Positions 13,676-25,696 of a DNA stretch of 64,000 nt are shown piece after piece (position 1 is the stretch's first letter; each line of letters starts with the position of its first letter). The position numbers and the translations under genes are program-made. This DNA comes from Lytechinus pictus (taxonomy: Eukaryota), in assembly GCF_037042905.1 (NCBI RefSeq), contig NC_087263.1, forward strand, positions 14,076,001 to 14,140,000, read 5' to 3'. The notes under the pieces are model-generated. The model searched no databases, was not told the origin of the DNA, and saw nothing but the letters and a program-made list of their open reading frames with translations.

Positions 13676-13959
13676 CAGAAGCGTCGATCCTGAGGTGGAT
13701 CAGGGGGGGGGGGAGCAGCGGGACAAATATATCGAATTGCCCCCCAACCCCAATAATTGTGACAACTCGAAAAAAATATATACAATGAATATGTGTTACA
13801 TTTGAAAATACTATAGAACCATTAAACTGTCATAAACTATTAAACATCCAAAGTTGTCCGAGAATTCTTCATCATAGTTTGGCGCGCGAAGCGCGGCTGA
13901 AAATTTGGCCATTTGTACCCAATTTCCCCCCCCCCCCCAAACATGGATCGACGCCCTTG
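13676..13959 (+). mobile_element. hAT-like MITE, family B (CAGA.GCGTCGATC termini)
   Basis: TIRs CAGAAGCGTCGATCC / GGATCGACGCCCTTG; TSD CCCGGGGG / CCCGGGGC. Confidence 0.8.
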
Positions 13960-15696
13960 CCCGGGGCGTGGTCACTTCCATTGAAGAGTGGACAGTATCC
14001 GCGAGCATTGACCTAGAAAAGGTTAAATGGGGATTCAAGGGTAGTCCGCTCGCACACGGGATTTGTGAAGATGTCCTAGATTTGCACATTCTAAACAGGG
14101 ATTTCTTTAATTATTCGGACATACACGAAACCTGGTTATTTCATTGATATTTTCGTATCAGCACTATGCGCTGTGGGATTTGGGATCAGGTTTGAGATAC
14201 GGAGTTTGGGATTCCATTTCTGTACTTTTTATCGGGCTTTGCATCGAGGTGGTGGATAGGATTTTCCGTTCGTGGGTCTTGCCCCCCCCCCCCCCCCTTA
14301 TTAAAACAGAATAATACTAGTAAAAGAAATATACTTGCGTCGTCCCTACATATATATTATTATTCATTTTATTTATTATTTATTTTATTAAAATATCTTT
14401 ATACAGGATAACAGGCTCAGATTAACTGTTTTTCAGCCTGGTCCTGTTAACATAAAATAACAATATATACATAATAGATAAAAGAGTAACTTGGGTAATG
14501 TACAGTAATGAGTGAATTCAATAACATTTAAGATCAGAATCATCATTAATACAAAATTGTTTAGAGATAAAATACACTACCAGTCACAATTCCCAAACTC
14601 AGCACTACCTGCCTCAGCCAGAGAACAATAGAATCAGCATGATCAGTGGACCAAATCCATACCTTTCTCCACTGCCATGCCTTACTTATCCCAAGGTCTT
14701 AGGATCACTCTTTCCAATATAACGTTTGCTTCCATCGTCATATTTATTCATAAAATCATCTACTGACGCATGCATCTTAACTAAATTTATTTCTGCATTA
14801 CGTCTAGTTGATACAACGCTGACAAGTTGTCAGACCCATTGATTGAACCTTTTACAACTTCCCCATCTCGTTTTTAAACCTACAAAGAAAAACTGATGGT
14901 TGCTCGATCTCCTCCGCGCAGTGCAAATAGGAAGAGTTTGCCCGGTTCATGCGGGCAATATTATTACGATACCACTCGTTTGTGATTGGCATGGTGTGTT
15001 ATAGCTCATCTTTGCCTGCGTTTGCGTTAAATATATGGCGGAGACAGGATGATGGAAAATATTTAACAAATGTTAACACGGGATCACTTTCGTTAGAGGC
15101 TGAAGTGATAAAAAATCATACATCACAGAGAAAAACATGGAAGATATATCCACGTGGCGATGCCCCCCCCCCCCCCAAAAAAAAAAAAAAAAAAAAAAAA
15201 AAAATAGATTGCCATTTCATTTTCTTTGAAATTTATCCCTCAAGATTTAAGACTATCTCTATCTCGTCCCGCTATACTAGAGACATAAAAGAAGTGTTTA
15301 AAACGCACCAGTTTGTCATGTTTGTGTGGAGCTAACATGAAATACACTGTAAAAATATTGGGTAAAATTTTGCAGCAACGAGGGTAATTATGTGTCCAAC
15401 CAATTTGGGGCAGTATTTTACTCAATGCGGGAAGCACATTGTCTAATATAAAAAATAAGCAGCAATTACTTTAGAATGGGCAAAATTTTCATCACACTGG
15501 ATAAATAAAAATGCCCAAAATAAATACCCAATGTTGGTTGGACACATAATTACCCTCATAGAGCATAATTTACCCAGAGTATAGGTGCTTACTTAAACCA
15601 ACACCGCTCAGCAATAAAACAACTTAGGTTTGATTAAATATAAACTTTGTGTTTTCAATAGTCTATCATGTATGAATACCGGGCTGTATCAAAGGT

Positions 15697-16266
15697 GACC
15701 CGACAATTGCTCCGCCGACATCTGCTCCGCCGACAATTGCTACGCAAAATACGACAACTGCTCCGCCGACGATTGCTCCGGACAGTTGCTCCGCCGACAG
15801 TTGCTCCGTCGACACTTGCTCCGCCGATATTTGCTCCGTCGACACTTGCTCCGCCGATATTTGCTCCACCGATATTTGCTCCGCCGATATTTGCTCCGTC
15901 GACACTTGCTCCGCCGATATTTGCTCCACCGATATTTGCTCCGCCGATATTTGCTCCGTCGACACTTGCTCCGCCGAAAATTGCTCCAACGACAATTGCT
16001 CCGCCGATAATTGCTCCGCCGACATCTGCTCCGATTATACGACAATTGCTCCGCGACAATTGCTCCGCCGATATTTGCTCCACCGACATCTGCACCGATT
16101 ATACGACAATTGCTCCGCCGATAATTGCTCCGCCGACATCTGCTCCGCCAAAATTTGCTCCGCCGATATCTGCTCCGCCGACATCTGCTCCGTCAATATT
16201 TGCTCCGCCGACAACTGCTCCGCCGACAATGGCTCCGCCCTAAATTGCTCCGATAATGCGACAATT
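15697..16266 (+). repeat. 15-bp tandem array (TTGCTCCGCCGAYAW), left arm of the foldback element
   Basis: Unit repeated directly; accounts for the APPIF / LLRR / CSAD pseudo-ORFs. Confidence 0.95.
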
Positions 16267-16590
16267 ATTTTGTACTTTCATGCGCATAACAATTGTAGCA
16301 CAGGCTGAAGGCGTCAATTTACAAATTTGTATATTATAATATATTGCAAAGTAAAATTAAACTATGCTTGCATGATATATTACATGACATACACAGGGGC
16401 CGCGGAACGGTTTTCAAAGTGGGGAACTGACCATGCTAAAAATCACAATCATATGGTCATTTTTACGTTTTTGTACACGGTTTTGGAAAAAGGTGATACA
16501 TGCATAACATATAGAGAAATAGAAAAAAAGGGGTAAGCACAAAGGAGGGATAGATATTCTTAATTCTTATTCATGGTGAGGGGGGGGGGG

Positions 16591-19500
16591 CAGCGGCGTA
16601 AAAGGGGTCGGTGGCCAGGGGGGGGGGGGGGGCAAGAGCCAAACATTTCCCGGTCATATCATGGTATGAACAGGCGTAATGGTGTCATATGACACCATTA
16701 CGCCTGTTCATACCATGATATGACCGGGAAATATGAGGCGACGATTTTGAGAGGACCAGATATTGCGTATCGGGTAGAATTTATCTTTAAAAAAAAAGTT
16801 GCGAGCGAGCAAATATTTTGACATTTTTAATACAAAAAACAAATTTTTTGATGGATTTTGACATGATATCCAGAGAATCATATTTCACTCTTCTCTATTT
16901 CCATTCTTTTTTTGTGGTCTGTACGCCACTGTGAACAGGATTCTTTGCGGCAGTAGCGTGAAGAGTAAAAAAAAAACGAGGGGCATGGTATGGCGCATGT
17001 GCTAAAAAGTTGCTTAATATAAGTCCCGAGGGAGCGAAGCGAGCGATAAAAAAAATCACCTTTTCATGAGAATCTAACTTTGGGATATTTTTTGACATTA
17101 TATTCAGTAAATAAAATCATATCCTACACTTTTTCTTTGCTTTTCTTTCCTCCATTTTTTTGTCTTGGTTGTAGAACTTTTGGGGGCCATGGCCTAACCC
17201 TTCCATACTCATATACGGCAGTGCTATTTCGTTGGGGTCCGAAGCGGAGCCCCCGGAACTTGATACCAAATCACAGGCAGTGGCGTAACAGGCGGGGGGG
17301 GGGGCAAGCTGCCCCCCCCTGGCGGAGCTCACCGGGAAAATTAAAAAAAAATGGGAAAAAGAAAAAAAAAAGTGGAAGAAAGGGAAAGGGAGAGGAAAGA
17401 AAAAAGGTGAAAGGGAAAGGAAAAGGGAAAAGGAAGGAAAAAGAACAAGTGACAAAGAACAATTCGCCCCGATATACAAATACATGAGCATGATTAGTAA
17501 GACAGGGAAATAAATTAAAGATGACAAAAAGGCAAACAAAAACGGGAAATAAGGCAGAATGGAATTAGCCAAAATCTAAATTGGAAAATAAAGAATAGGG
17601 ACAAGATAACGTACACTATCGGGCTGCCGAGGATTGAGATAACGAGCGGGAAGAAAAATGGATGGTATATAGCATAATGTCGTATGAAAGTCTATCATAA
17701 ACTTGCTAAATCTCCAAAGGCTCTGTCCAAGAGTCAAGACCCCGTGCAGTGGGGGCTCTTCATCTGTAACCTTCAATGGGTTTTATAACGGGCCCCTATA
17801 TGGACCCTTCCTGCATTAAGCTTTACGTTGAAGCACTGGCGTACTGGGGTGGTTCCACAGCCAAGGGGAAATAAAAGAAAATAAAGGAGGCAGCGAAATG
17901 AGATGAATGAAAAAAATATATGACATGATATTTGCTATAATGATGTAAAAATCTATCACATAATTAGAATTTCATTTTAACAGGCCTTTTTTTCTGGCGA
18001 CTTTTTACAAATTTTCCCACATTTGCTATGGTGTGCCCCTCACAATATTTGGATGATTACGATACACAACTGCATTTAATTTATGTGTTGTGTTAAAGCT
18101 ATATAAATATACACGCAATTTGATTAAAATAAGTGGCCATCTGTAAGGTTTAAAATGGCTTTGATATCAAGAGGTTCCGGGGCTCTGCCCCGGACCCCAT
18201 CCATAAAGCACTGTTATATGGATGAGTTTGGACCATGGCCCCCAAAAGTTCTACAACCAAACAAACAAAATGAGGAAAGAAAGGAAAGTGTATTATATTT
18301 TTCTGAATATCACGTTAAAATCTATCTTCATGTTAGATTCTCATGAAAAGGTGATTTTTTTTATCTCGCTCGCTTCGCTCGCTCGGGACCTATATTAAGC
18401 TACTTCTTGCCAAAAGCGCCATACTCGGCCCCCTCAAGCATATAGAGCTTCGCCCTGATGCTCACAATCATAAGTTCATAACAAAAATCCTGTTCACCGT
18501 GGCGTACAAAAAAAGAGAGAAAAAAGGAAAGAGAGGAGGGTGAATATGATATCATCTTTTTAACATTATGTCAAAATCTATCACAAAATTGGATTTTTTG
18601 CAATAAAGATGTCAAATTTTTTTGCTCGCTCGCTTATATATATATATACATTTGCCCGATACGCCATATCGCCCCCTCAAAATTTTTGCCTTATGACGCC
18701 ATTGCCTGTTCAATGATATGACCGGGAAATTTTTGGCTCTTGCCCCCCCCCCCCCCCCCCTGGCCACCGACCCCTGTTACGCCGCTGATCACGGGTATAT
18801 ACAGAATATAGCTTTTACACAGCACATTTATTCACCCCATTTGCGTAATGAACCAAACATTTTAGGGGGCAAAACATAGCAATGTGGGAAAATTTGTAAA
18901 AAGTCGCCAGCGAGCAAAACGAGCTGGAAAAAATTGCCTATTGAAATTAAATCCTAATTATGTGATAGGTTTTTACATTATATTCAACAAACAACACATT
19001 TCATATAATTTGTTTCCATTTAGTTCATTATACGTTTTCTCCTATAATTTATTTTATTTCCTCTTTGGTGTGGAACCAAGACCCCCCGCGCGCCTGTACG
19101 CCAGTGATTGAACGTAAAGTTTAATGTAGGAAGGGTCCCTACAGGGGGGCGTTATAGAACCATTTGAAGGTTATAGATGAAGAGCCCCTACTGCGTGGGG
19201 TCTGGGGCAAAGCCCCGGTAGCTTATTTGCATAAAATTTAGCAAGTTTAGGCCCTATAGCACAATGTTGTATGCAGTCCATCTTTTTTCCCGCTCTTTAT
19301 TTTCAATCCTCGGCAGCCCGGTCGTGTTAAGTTGTTTTTTTCTGGTCCCTTTTCTTTGTTTTCCAATTCAGCTTTTGACTAATTGCATTTTACCTTAATT
19401 TCTCGCTATTGTTTGCCATTTTGTCATCTTTTAATTTATTTCCCATCATGCTATTGCATTACTTTGGCCTATTTCGGAATGATTTGATCTTTCTCAAATG

Positions 19501-19698
19501 TTCTTCTTTTGTTCCCTTTTCCGCTTTCCTTCCTTTTCCATTAAAAAAAAATCTTCGTCTTCTTTTCCCTTTCCCTTTCCTTTTCCTCCTCTCATTTTCC
19601 CCTTTCCTTTCCCTTTCCCTTTCTTTCTCCCTCCCTTTTCTATTTTCCCGGTGAAATCCGCCAGGGGGGCAGCCTGCCCCCCGCCTGTTACGCCACTG
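16591..19698 (+). mobile_element. hAT-like non-autonomous element, outer copy split by a nested copy of the same family
   Basis: Termini CAGCGGCGTAA / GTTACGCCACTG; its two halves (16591-17277 and 18788-19698) match the inner element in reverse. Confidence 0.75.
17278..18787 (-). mobile_element. hAT-like non-autonomous element, inner copy in opposite orientation
   Basis: Termini CAGTGGCGTAACAGG / CCTGTTACGCCGCTG; 8-bp TSD ATCACAGG / ATCACGGG. Confidence 0.82.
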
Positions 19699-20859
19699 AT
19701 ATTATTATCGTCATCATTATCAACATCATTATCATCTTCATGACTGTGGATGTGGTAGTGTTGTTGTTGTTTTCTTTAAACATCATACATTACCTCTGCC
19801 GTTGCACATCTCGGGTTGCCATTGCCAAGGACCAAATGTTTGCCCTTACATCATCCGTTGCACCGAGTAAATGGTTTCCGATCAGCTGCGTGGTAGGGCC
19901 AGAGTTTATATCTTGCGCCGCCCTTTTCAGCCCCTGCCTTTATGGACAACACGCCCCTGAGGGTTGCCATAAGCTGGTGGTCCATCTGTTGTTATTGCCC
20001 CACTACAATGGGAACTCCGCTGAAATTCGCACTGCTAGCGAATTTGTCCTGTTTGTCGGCTTCTTTTTTTTTTTACATAAAGAAACCCTTCATGTCCGAG
20101 TTTGACCCCCCCCCCGATGTTTTCGATTATTTCCATGGTGTATGCACTGTACCAACGCCTTGTCTTCACGTAAGACGTACACGCTGTGTAATGAAAATGA
20201 CCCCCCTCCCCGGCAACGCGGTCTAACACGCATGCCTACATCCCATCATACGTTCCTCGACGCTCCTAGAGAAAAAATCGCAGTGGGGCGCCCCAAGTTC
20301 CAGGGAATATCATGGGCGTCCACTGGCGAGATGGGGGCGGCTTGGGGGGCCATGTGCCCCCAAATTTTTCACGACCAAGAAAAAAAATGAAATGGAAAGG
20401 GAAAAATGGTATATTATTTTCTGAATAGTATGTCAATTTCTTTAAAAAAAAAATAGATTTCTATATTAAAAATGTCACAAATCTTGCTCGCTCGCTTTGC
20501 TCGCTCGCATCCTTTTTAGAACTATTGTTCCATCAGCCATTTTTGGCGCATTATGCCACTGTGATCGTCATACCAGTAGGCCTATAAATGATCCCAGCTC
20601 GCATATTGCGCTATTTAGTAAGATACGGAACATCATCATGTTTTTTTTTAATATTCCGTTTTCATAACCTATGAAAAAAAGTTTCAGCTTAGCTCCCCCA
20701 TAATTTAATTGGCGAGATACGTATCCTTTTGATTAATTTCTGGAACGGATATCAAAATATTTTGAAATATTTTTAAAAGATGAAACGAAGGAGAATGAAA
20801 TATAATACAAATAATACTACTTCTACTTATAACAATAATGATCATAGTAATTATGATGA

Positions 20860-21250
20860 AAATAGTAATAATAATAATAATAAAAATAATAATGACAATA
20901 ACAATCATCTGGTTATCTATAATGCGCATAAGACATTGTATGTATCTAAGCGCTTACATATTTATCACCCCGGTCATCATTTTAATCAGCTATTCCCGCA
21001 CACAACGTATGCACATCCTCCACTCCATGGGGGAGTGGGGGGTATCCCAGCCTGTCACCGGCGATGAGGCGCACACAATGCAGGACATGCAGGACAAGCT
21101 ACAGTAACTTTCACATCTTACAATTTAGCACCAGGTTTGAGAATGGCAAAGTGTTGATTAACGACTTGCCAAAGGATGCTACACCAAGGTGGGATTCGAA
21201 AACACGACCGTTTAAGTACAAGCCAAGAGTCAGAACTGCTACACCACACA
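20860..21250 (-). mobile_element. Degenerate tRNA-derived SINE with (TAT)n tail
   Basis: B-box-like TTCGAATCCC on the minus strand near 21190; tail region resembles family 1. Confidence 0.55.
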
Positions 21251-21814
21251 ACGACGGTTCCACTTTAAACTTTAGTCTTTAGTTAGGACTAACCCTTAAA
21301 AAAAAAAAAAAAAAACTCCGCTTTTAGCGGCTGATCGGCGAAAATAAGGATGAAAATGTTTTTTCCACCCCCCCCCCCCAACCCTAGTGGCGAAAGCTTG
21401 GTCCACTCTTGAATATGTCTCAAGTTCACGATCTCAAAATGTCCCTTTTCTGGTAAATAAACTCAAAAATATTAAATTAGCGCATCGCGCTCTCATTTCT
21501 TTTACGAGATATCCCCCCCCCCCCCGAGATATATGCTTCATGTTTACAATTGAAAAAAAAAACGTATAAATGTCCCCTTTCCAGGTCAATAACAGCTCGC
21601 GCTTCGTGCTCGCATTATAAATTCAGTTAGATGCGTATTGGGTTTCATGAATTTGTAACTATATTATTACTGGTATATACATTATTGTCTTTTAGAAATA
21701 ACATTATTTGTTTAGACGTAATGAGGGAGATACATATTCAGTTATTAAAATATATTTATATTGTCGCTATTGCACAGAATAGAACAAAAATACAACCGAA
21801 GTCTAGTTTTATAG

Positions 21815-22127
21815 TAATAATAATAATAATGATAATAAACAGTTCTTGTATAGCGCATATCACATGAATAATGTCTCTATGTGCTTCCAAAGGACTTGGA
21901 TATTATTACCCCAGCTGTAGCTTTGCAACCGTAATTACTAAGATTACAGCGCACACGCATTTCAAGGAATCAAGTCCTGCCAGGTACCCATTCATCTCAC
22001 CTGGGTTGAGTACAGCACAATGTGGATTAATTTCTTGCTGAAAGAAATTACGCCACGGCTGGGATTCGAACCCACGACCCTCTGTTTCAAAGTCAGAATA
22101 CTAATCCACTGGGCCACAACGCTCCAC
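21815..22127 (-). mobile_element. tRNA-derived SINE, family 1
   Basis: Minus strand has A box TGGCCCAGTGG, B box GGTTCGAATCC and a (TAT)n tail; homologous to 31130-31487. Confidence 0.85.
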
Positions 22128-22797
22128 AACGCTAGTAACTCACCAGTTTCGTAATGAGCCAACAAAAAGAAATGGAGGGGGCCAGACAAGGATGACATTT
22201 ATTTTCCTTTCCTTTATTCTTTTTTTTTTCATTGGTAGGGAGAATGGGGGGGGGATCCGTGGCCCCTAGCACGCCCCTCCCCCATCTGTACGCCAGTGAT
22301 GATCATACTTTCGTTTGAAACAAATTGAAAGGAAAATGATGCAAGGGTAATTGGCCCAAGACGTAAATAAAAATTATTGATAAAAATATTAATAATTATA
22401 ATGCTGATAAATATACAATAAATCAAGCAGTCACCAATGAAAATAAACAACGTGAAAGAACAAAACGAGAAAAAGAGAGAGAGAGCCCGCGCGAATGTAT
22501 GGTGTATAAGTTGCTTGAAAATAGAAGAGATATTGTGTCCAGCAACCCCCCCCCCCCCCCAAATTCTCTCCCCGCTCAAGACCGGAGTGAAACCAATGAT
22601 AATGATATATGAACAAAAATCCAGATTCACAATTTCAATGAGGAGTGTGTCATTCCCCTTCTCCGTTACAATTTGTCAAGTGGCAGCAGCAGGGAGCTGT
22701 GATGATAGGGGGAGAATGAAATGAATAAAACATTAACGAATAACAAGAACAAAACAACAACAAGCAATTTGTATCATTGGAGAAATAAGATTTTCAT

Positions 22798-23278
22798 GCA
22801 ATTGTCGTATAATCGGAGCAATTTTCGGAGGAGAAAATATCGGCGGAGCAATTGTCGCGGATCAATTGTCGTATAATCGGAGCAATTTTCGGCGGAGAAA
22901 ACATCGGCGGAGCAATTGTCGCGGAGCAATTGTCGCGGAGCAATTGTCGTAAAATCGGAGCAATTTTCGGCGGAGCAAATATCGGCGGAGCAATTGTCGT
23001 ATAATCGGAGCAGATGTCGGCGGAGCAATTATCGGCGGAGCAATTGTCGGCGGAGCAATTTTCGGCGGAGCAGATGTCGACGGAGCAAATATCGGCGGAG
23101 CAAATATCAGCGGAGCAAATATCGGCGGAGCAAGTGTCGACGGAGCAAATATCGGCGGAGCAAGTGTCGACGGAGCAACTGTCGGCGGAGCAACTGTCCG
23201 GAGCAATTGTCGGCGGAGCAGTTTTCGTATTTTGCGTAGCAATTGTCGGCGGAGCAAATGTCGGCGGAGCAATTGTCA
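22798..23278 (-). repeat. 15-bp tandem array, right arm of the foldback element
   Basis: Reverse complement of the left array, including the same variant unit TACGCAAAATACGA at the equivalent position. Confidence 0.95.
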
Positions 23279-23801
23279 TGGAACCGTATCAAATTAACAT
23301 CGGCGTGCTTGCAGTTTTAGGGACTTTGAAAATCTCGAATTGGCCGCAAAGAAACTCACAATTTGTCCATTTGACATCATTAAAAATTGTATATATTTTT
23401 CCAAATTGCCCCCCGAAAAAAAACTAACAAAAATTCGTGTAACATTTTACGCTTCAAAACAATCCAAAAACGTTTGGGCTAAAAAACAAAAAAACAAACA
23501 AGTAATCACAAATATTACATTGATTTCTTTCACTAGAATTCTTGTGATGAATACATTCCTATCGTGCACTTTTTTCCCTTCGAATTATTAAAAAAAAAAG
23601 CATCCGCCACGGTCTGTCGTCAGCTAAATTGGCAACGTAAAGCAGTGTCAATGATATGAACTGATGTGTCAAATTTCCTCGACATTTCAACGAGTATCTT
23701 GAAGATGATATTGATACTGACATCACCTAAGGTAAAATCAGAAGGCAAGGCTGAGCATCGATTTACATTTAACGGGAAATTCCACCCTGACCATAACTTG
23801 A

Positions 23802-23845
<44 letters not shown>

Positions 23846-24898
23846 TGAAGGTTTGATGAAATTCTATCAATCAAAGAATAACGAAATTATGAATGTTTGA
23901 ACTTTTGCTTTTGTGACGTTACAGACGTGTCATATCGTGTTATAGGAATTCAAAAAAAAAAAATTATAAATAAAAATTGTTTTATTTAAGGGGTGGATAT
24001 AATTATCATCAGACATCATCATTCTATACGCGCTTCGAAAAGAAAAATAAATTTATTAATTACGTCCCATAACTAATAAAATAATTATACGAACTTTGTT
24101 TCCCGTTGGATTGAGGAATCCTCGGAATAACGAATCTTATTTTGTTTTCAGAATAAGATTTCAGGTTTAACTCAAACTCCCGTTTAAATTTGTGGTTTAA
24201 GTATGGATAGCCAATTGTTACATAAATCACTAACAGTAGAGATATCACACTTGAGCTCATTTGGCTCTCAAAACACTCATAATTGCCTAGGAAGTATAAA
24301 TAAATTATTGTCTTCACCATCGATGAATCAGGAAAGAGCACAGTAAACATAGGAAACATACAACTTAATAAAAATGTTGATACTTTTGGCTTCCCATACT
24401 TAAACTATAACAACTTTAAACCTGAGTTTAAGTTAAACCCGACTTCAGAAAACGGGACATTGAGAATAACTAATAGCTTTTAATCTGGAGACGGTTTCAC
24501 CCGTTTGCCTCACTGTGGCATAAGACAAATTCGAACTTCACTATTGTGTCCATGAATATAGCGAGTTGACCAAACACGACGAGGACGGTGCCTACAACGT
24601 AGAAAATCTATTGAAAATGCCCGTGAAATCACAATGAACAGCTAAAGAGGTCTTGTTGGAAAATGGCGAACCATGACAGCAGATCGTCGTAAGATCTGAG
24701 TTGACGAAAAATTGGAAATAATGTCCAGAATCCAGGACGAAACTGGTACAGTGTATATTAAATTCACAAACTTTCGACAAAGACTGCTTTGTCATGAAGG
24801 GCTTTTGACAGCAGATTCTCTATGTTGTAGAATCTGTTCCCGTCGCGTTTGCGAAAACTCCCGATCATGTTCAGTCACACCATAGAAACCAAATCCAG

Positions 24899-25696
24899 GG
24901 GCCCGTAACACAAAACTTAGCAATGATCGTAGAACAATTTTCTACGATTGATTCCATTGACTACAATGTACAATCAATCGTAAAAATCAAGCGTACGATC
25001 AATCGCTATAACCTTTGTGTTACGGGACCCAGGGCTCCGTAACACAAAGGTCTGCGATGAAAATAATGCAAGTATGAAAGAACAACACTGATTGGTTCCC
25101 GGTCAGTATGTTAAACAGATTGCGCGTGTGACGACGATCTTGATTGGTCATTGGTATTTAGCAGCTATTACTATTATAATCCAGTGCTTCTCAATCGATG
25201 GGCCGCGAAGCTCTCTCAGGAGGGCCGCGAGAAGCCCCAGAGGGAGAAACAAATAGGGGGAGTATATTTCACAGACCTGGGCCCCGTCTTACAAAGAGTT
25301 ACGAGTGTTCCAATCAATCGTAACTCTATGGAAATCCATCCGTGTCATAATTTTTTGTACAGGAAATTTGCACAATGTCCTTTGTAAACAAAAAGAGGCA
25401 CAGTGAATTTTCAGGAAAACAATGAATGCATGAATATACACCATAGAAAATATTTTGAACAAACATGCATAATAGATGTCGACGCTGCTGGCCGTCCATA
25501 GTTGTGTTTGATCGGATCAATCGCAACTCTTTGTAAGACGGGGCCATGGGGACCGTTGCAGAAAGAATTGCGTTTTAAAAACGCAAGTCAAAAAATCAAT
25601 CGCAAGTCTGAAATGCGCGCTGTTGATTGGTAGAAAATCAAGTTACGCATGATTTTTAGAGTTGCGATTGATTGCAACTCTTTTTGCAACGGGCCC
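24899..25696. mobile_element. Cluster of PIF/Harbinger-like MITEs (24899-25029, partial copy from 25033, 25280-25545, 25549-25696)
   Basis: GG(G/C)(C/A)CCG-type TIRs with 3-bp flanks: CAG/CAG for the first, CTG-ATG-CTG around the adjacent pair. Confidence 0.75.

Larger units (their letters stand above)
15694..23285. mobile_element. TU-like foldback transposon (~7.6 kb) with inverted 15-bp tandem arrays at both ends
   Basis: Termini GGTGACCCGACAATTGCTCC / GGAGCAATTGTCATGGAACC; perfect 8-bp TSD GTATCAAA (15686-15693, 23286-23293); oppositely oriented arrays at each end. Confidence 0.85.

Noticed and set aside
15697..16266. Possible CRISPR-like array
   Set aside because: Contiguous 15-bp units with no unique spacers, no cas genes, and a eukaryotic context. 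The same applies to the 110-bp array at 12.2-12.9 kb.
15655..16308. Overlapping repetitive ORFs (APPIF / SAEQI / CSAD / GGANI) resembling pentapeptide-repeat or antifreeze proteins, also at 22774-23427
   Set aside because: They are translations of the 15-bp terminal arrays of the foldback element, open in nearly every frame on both strands.
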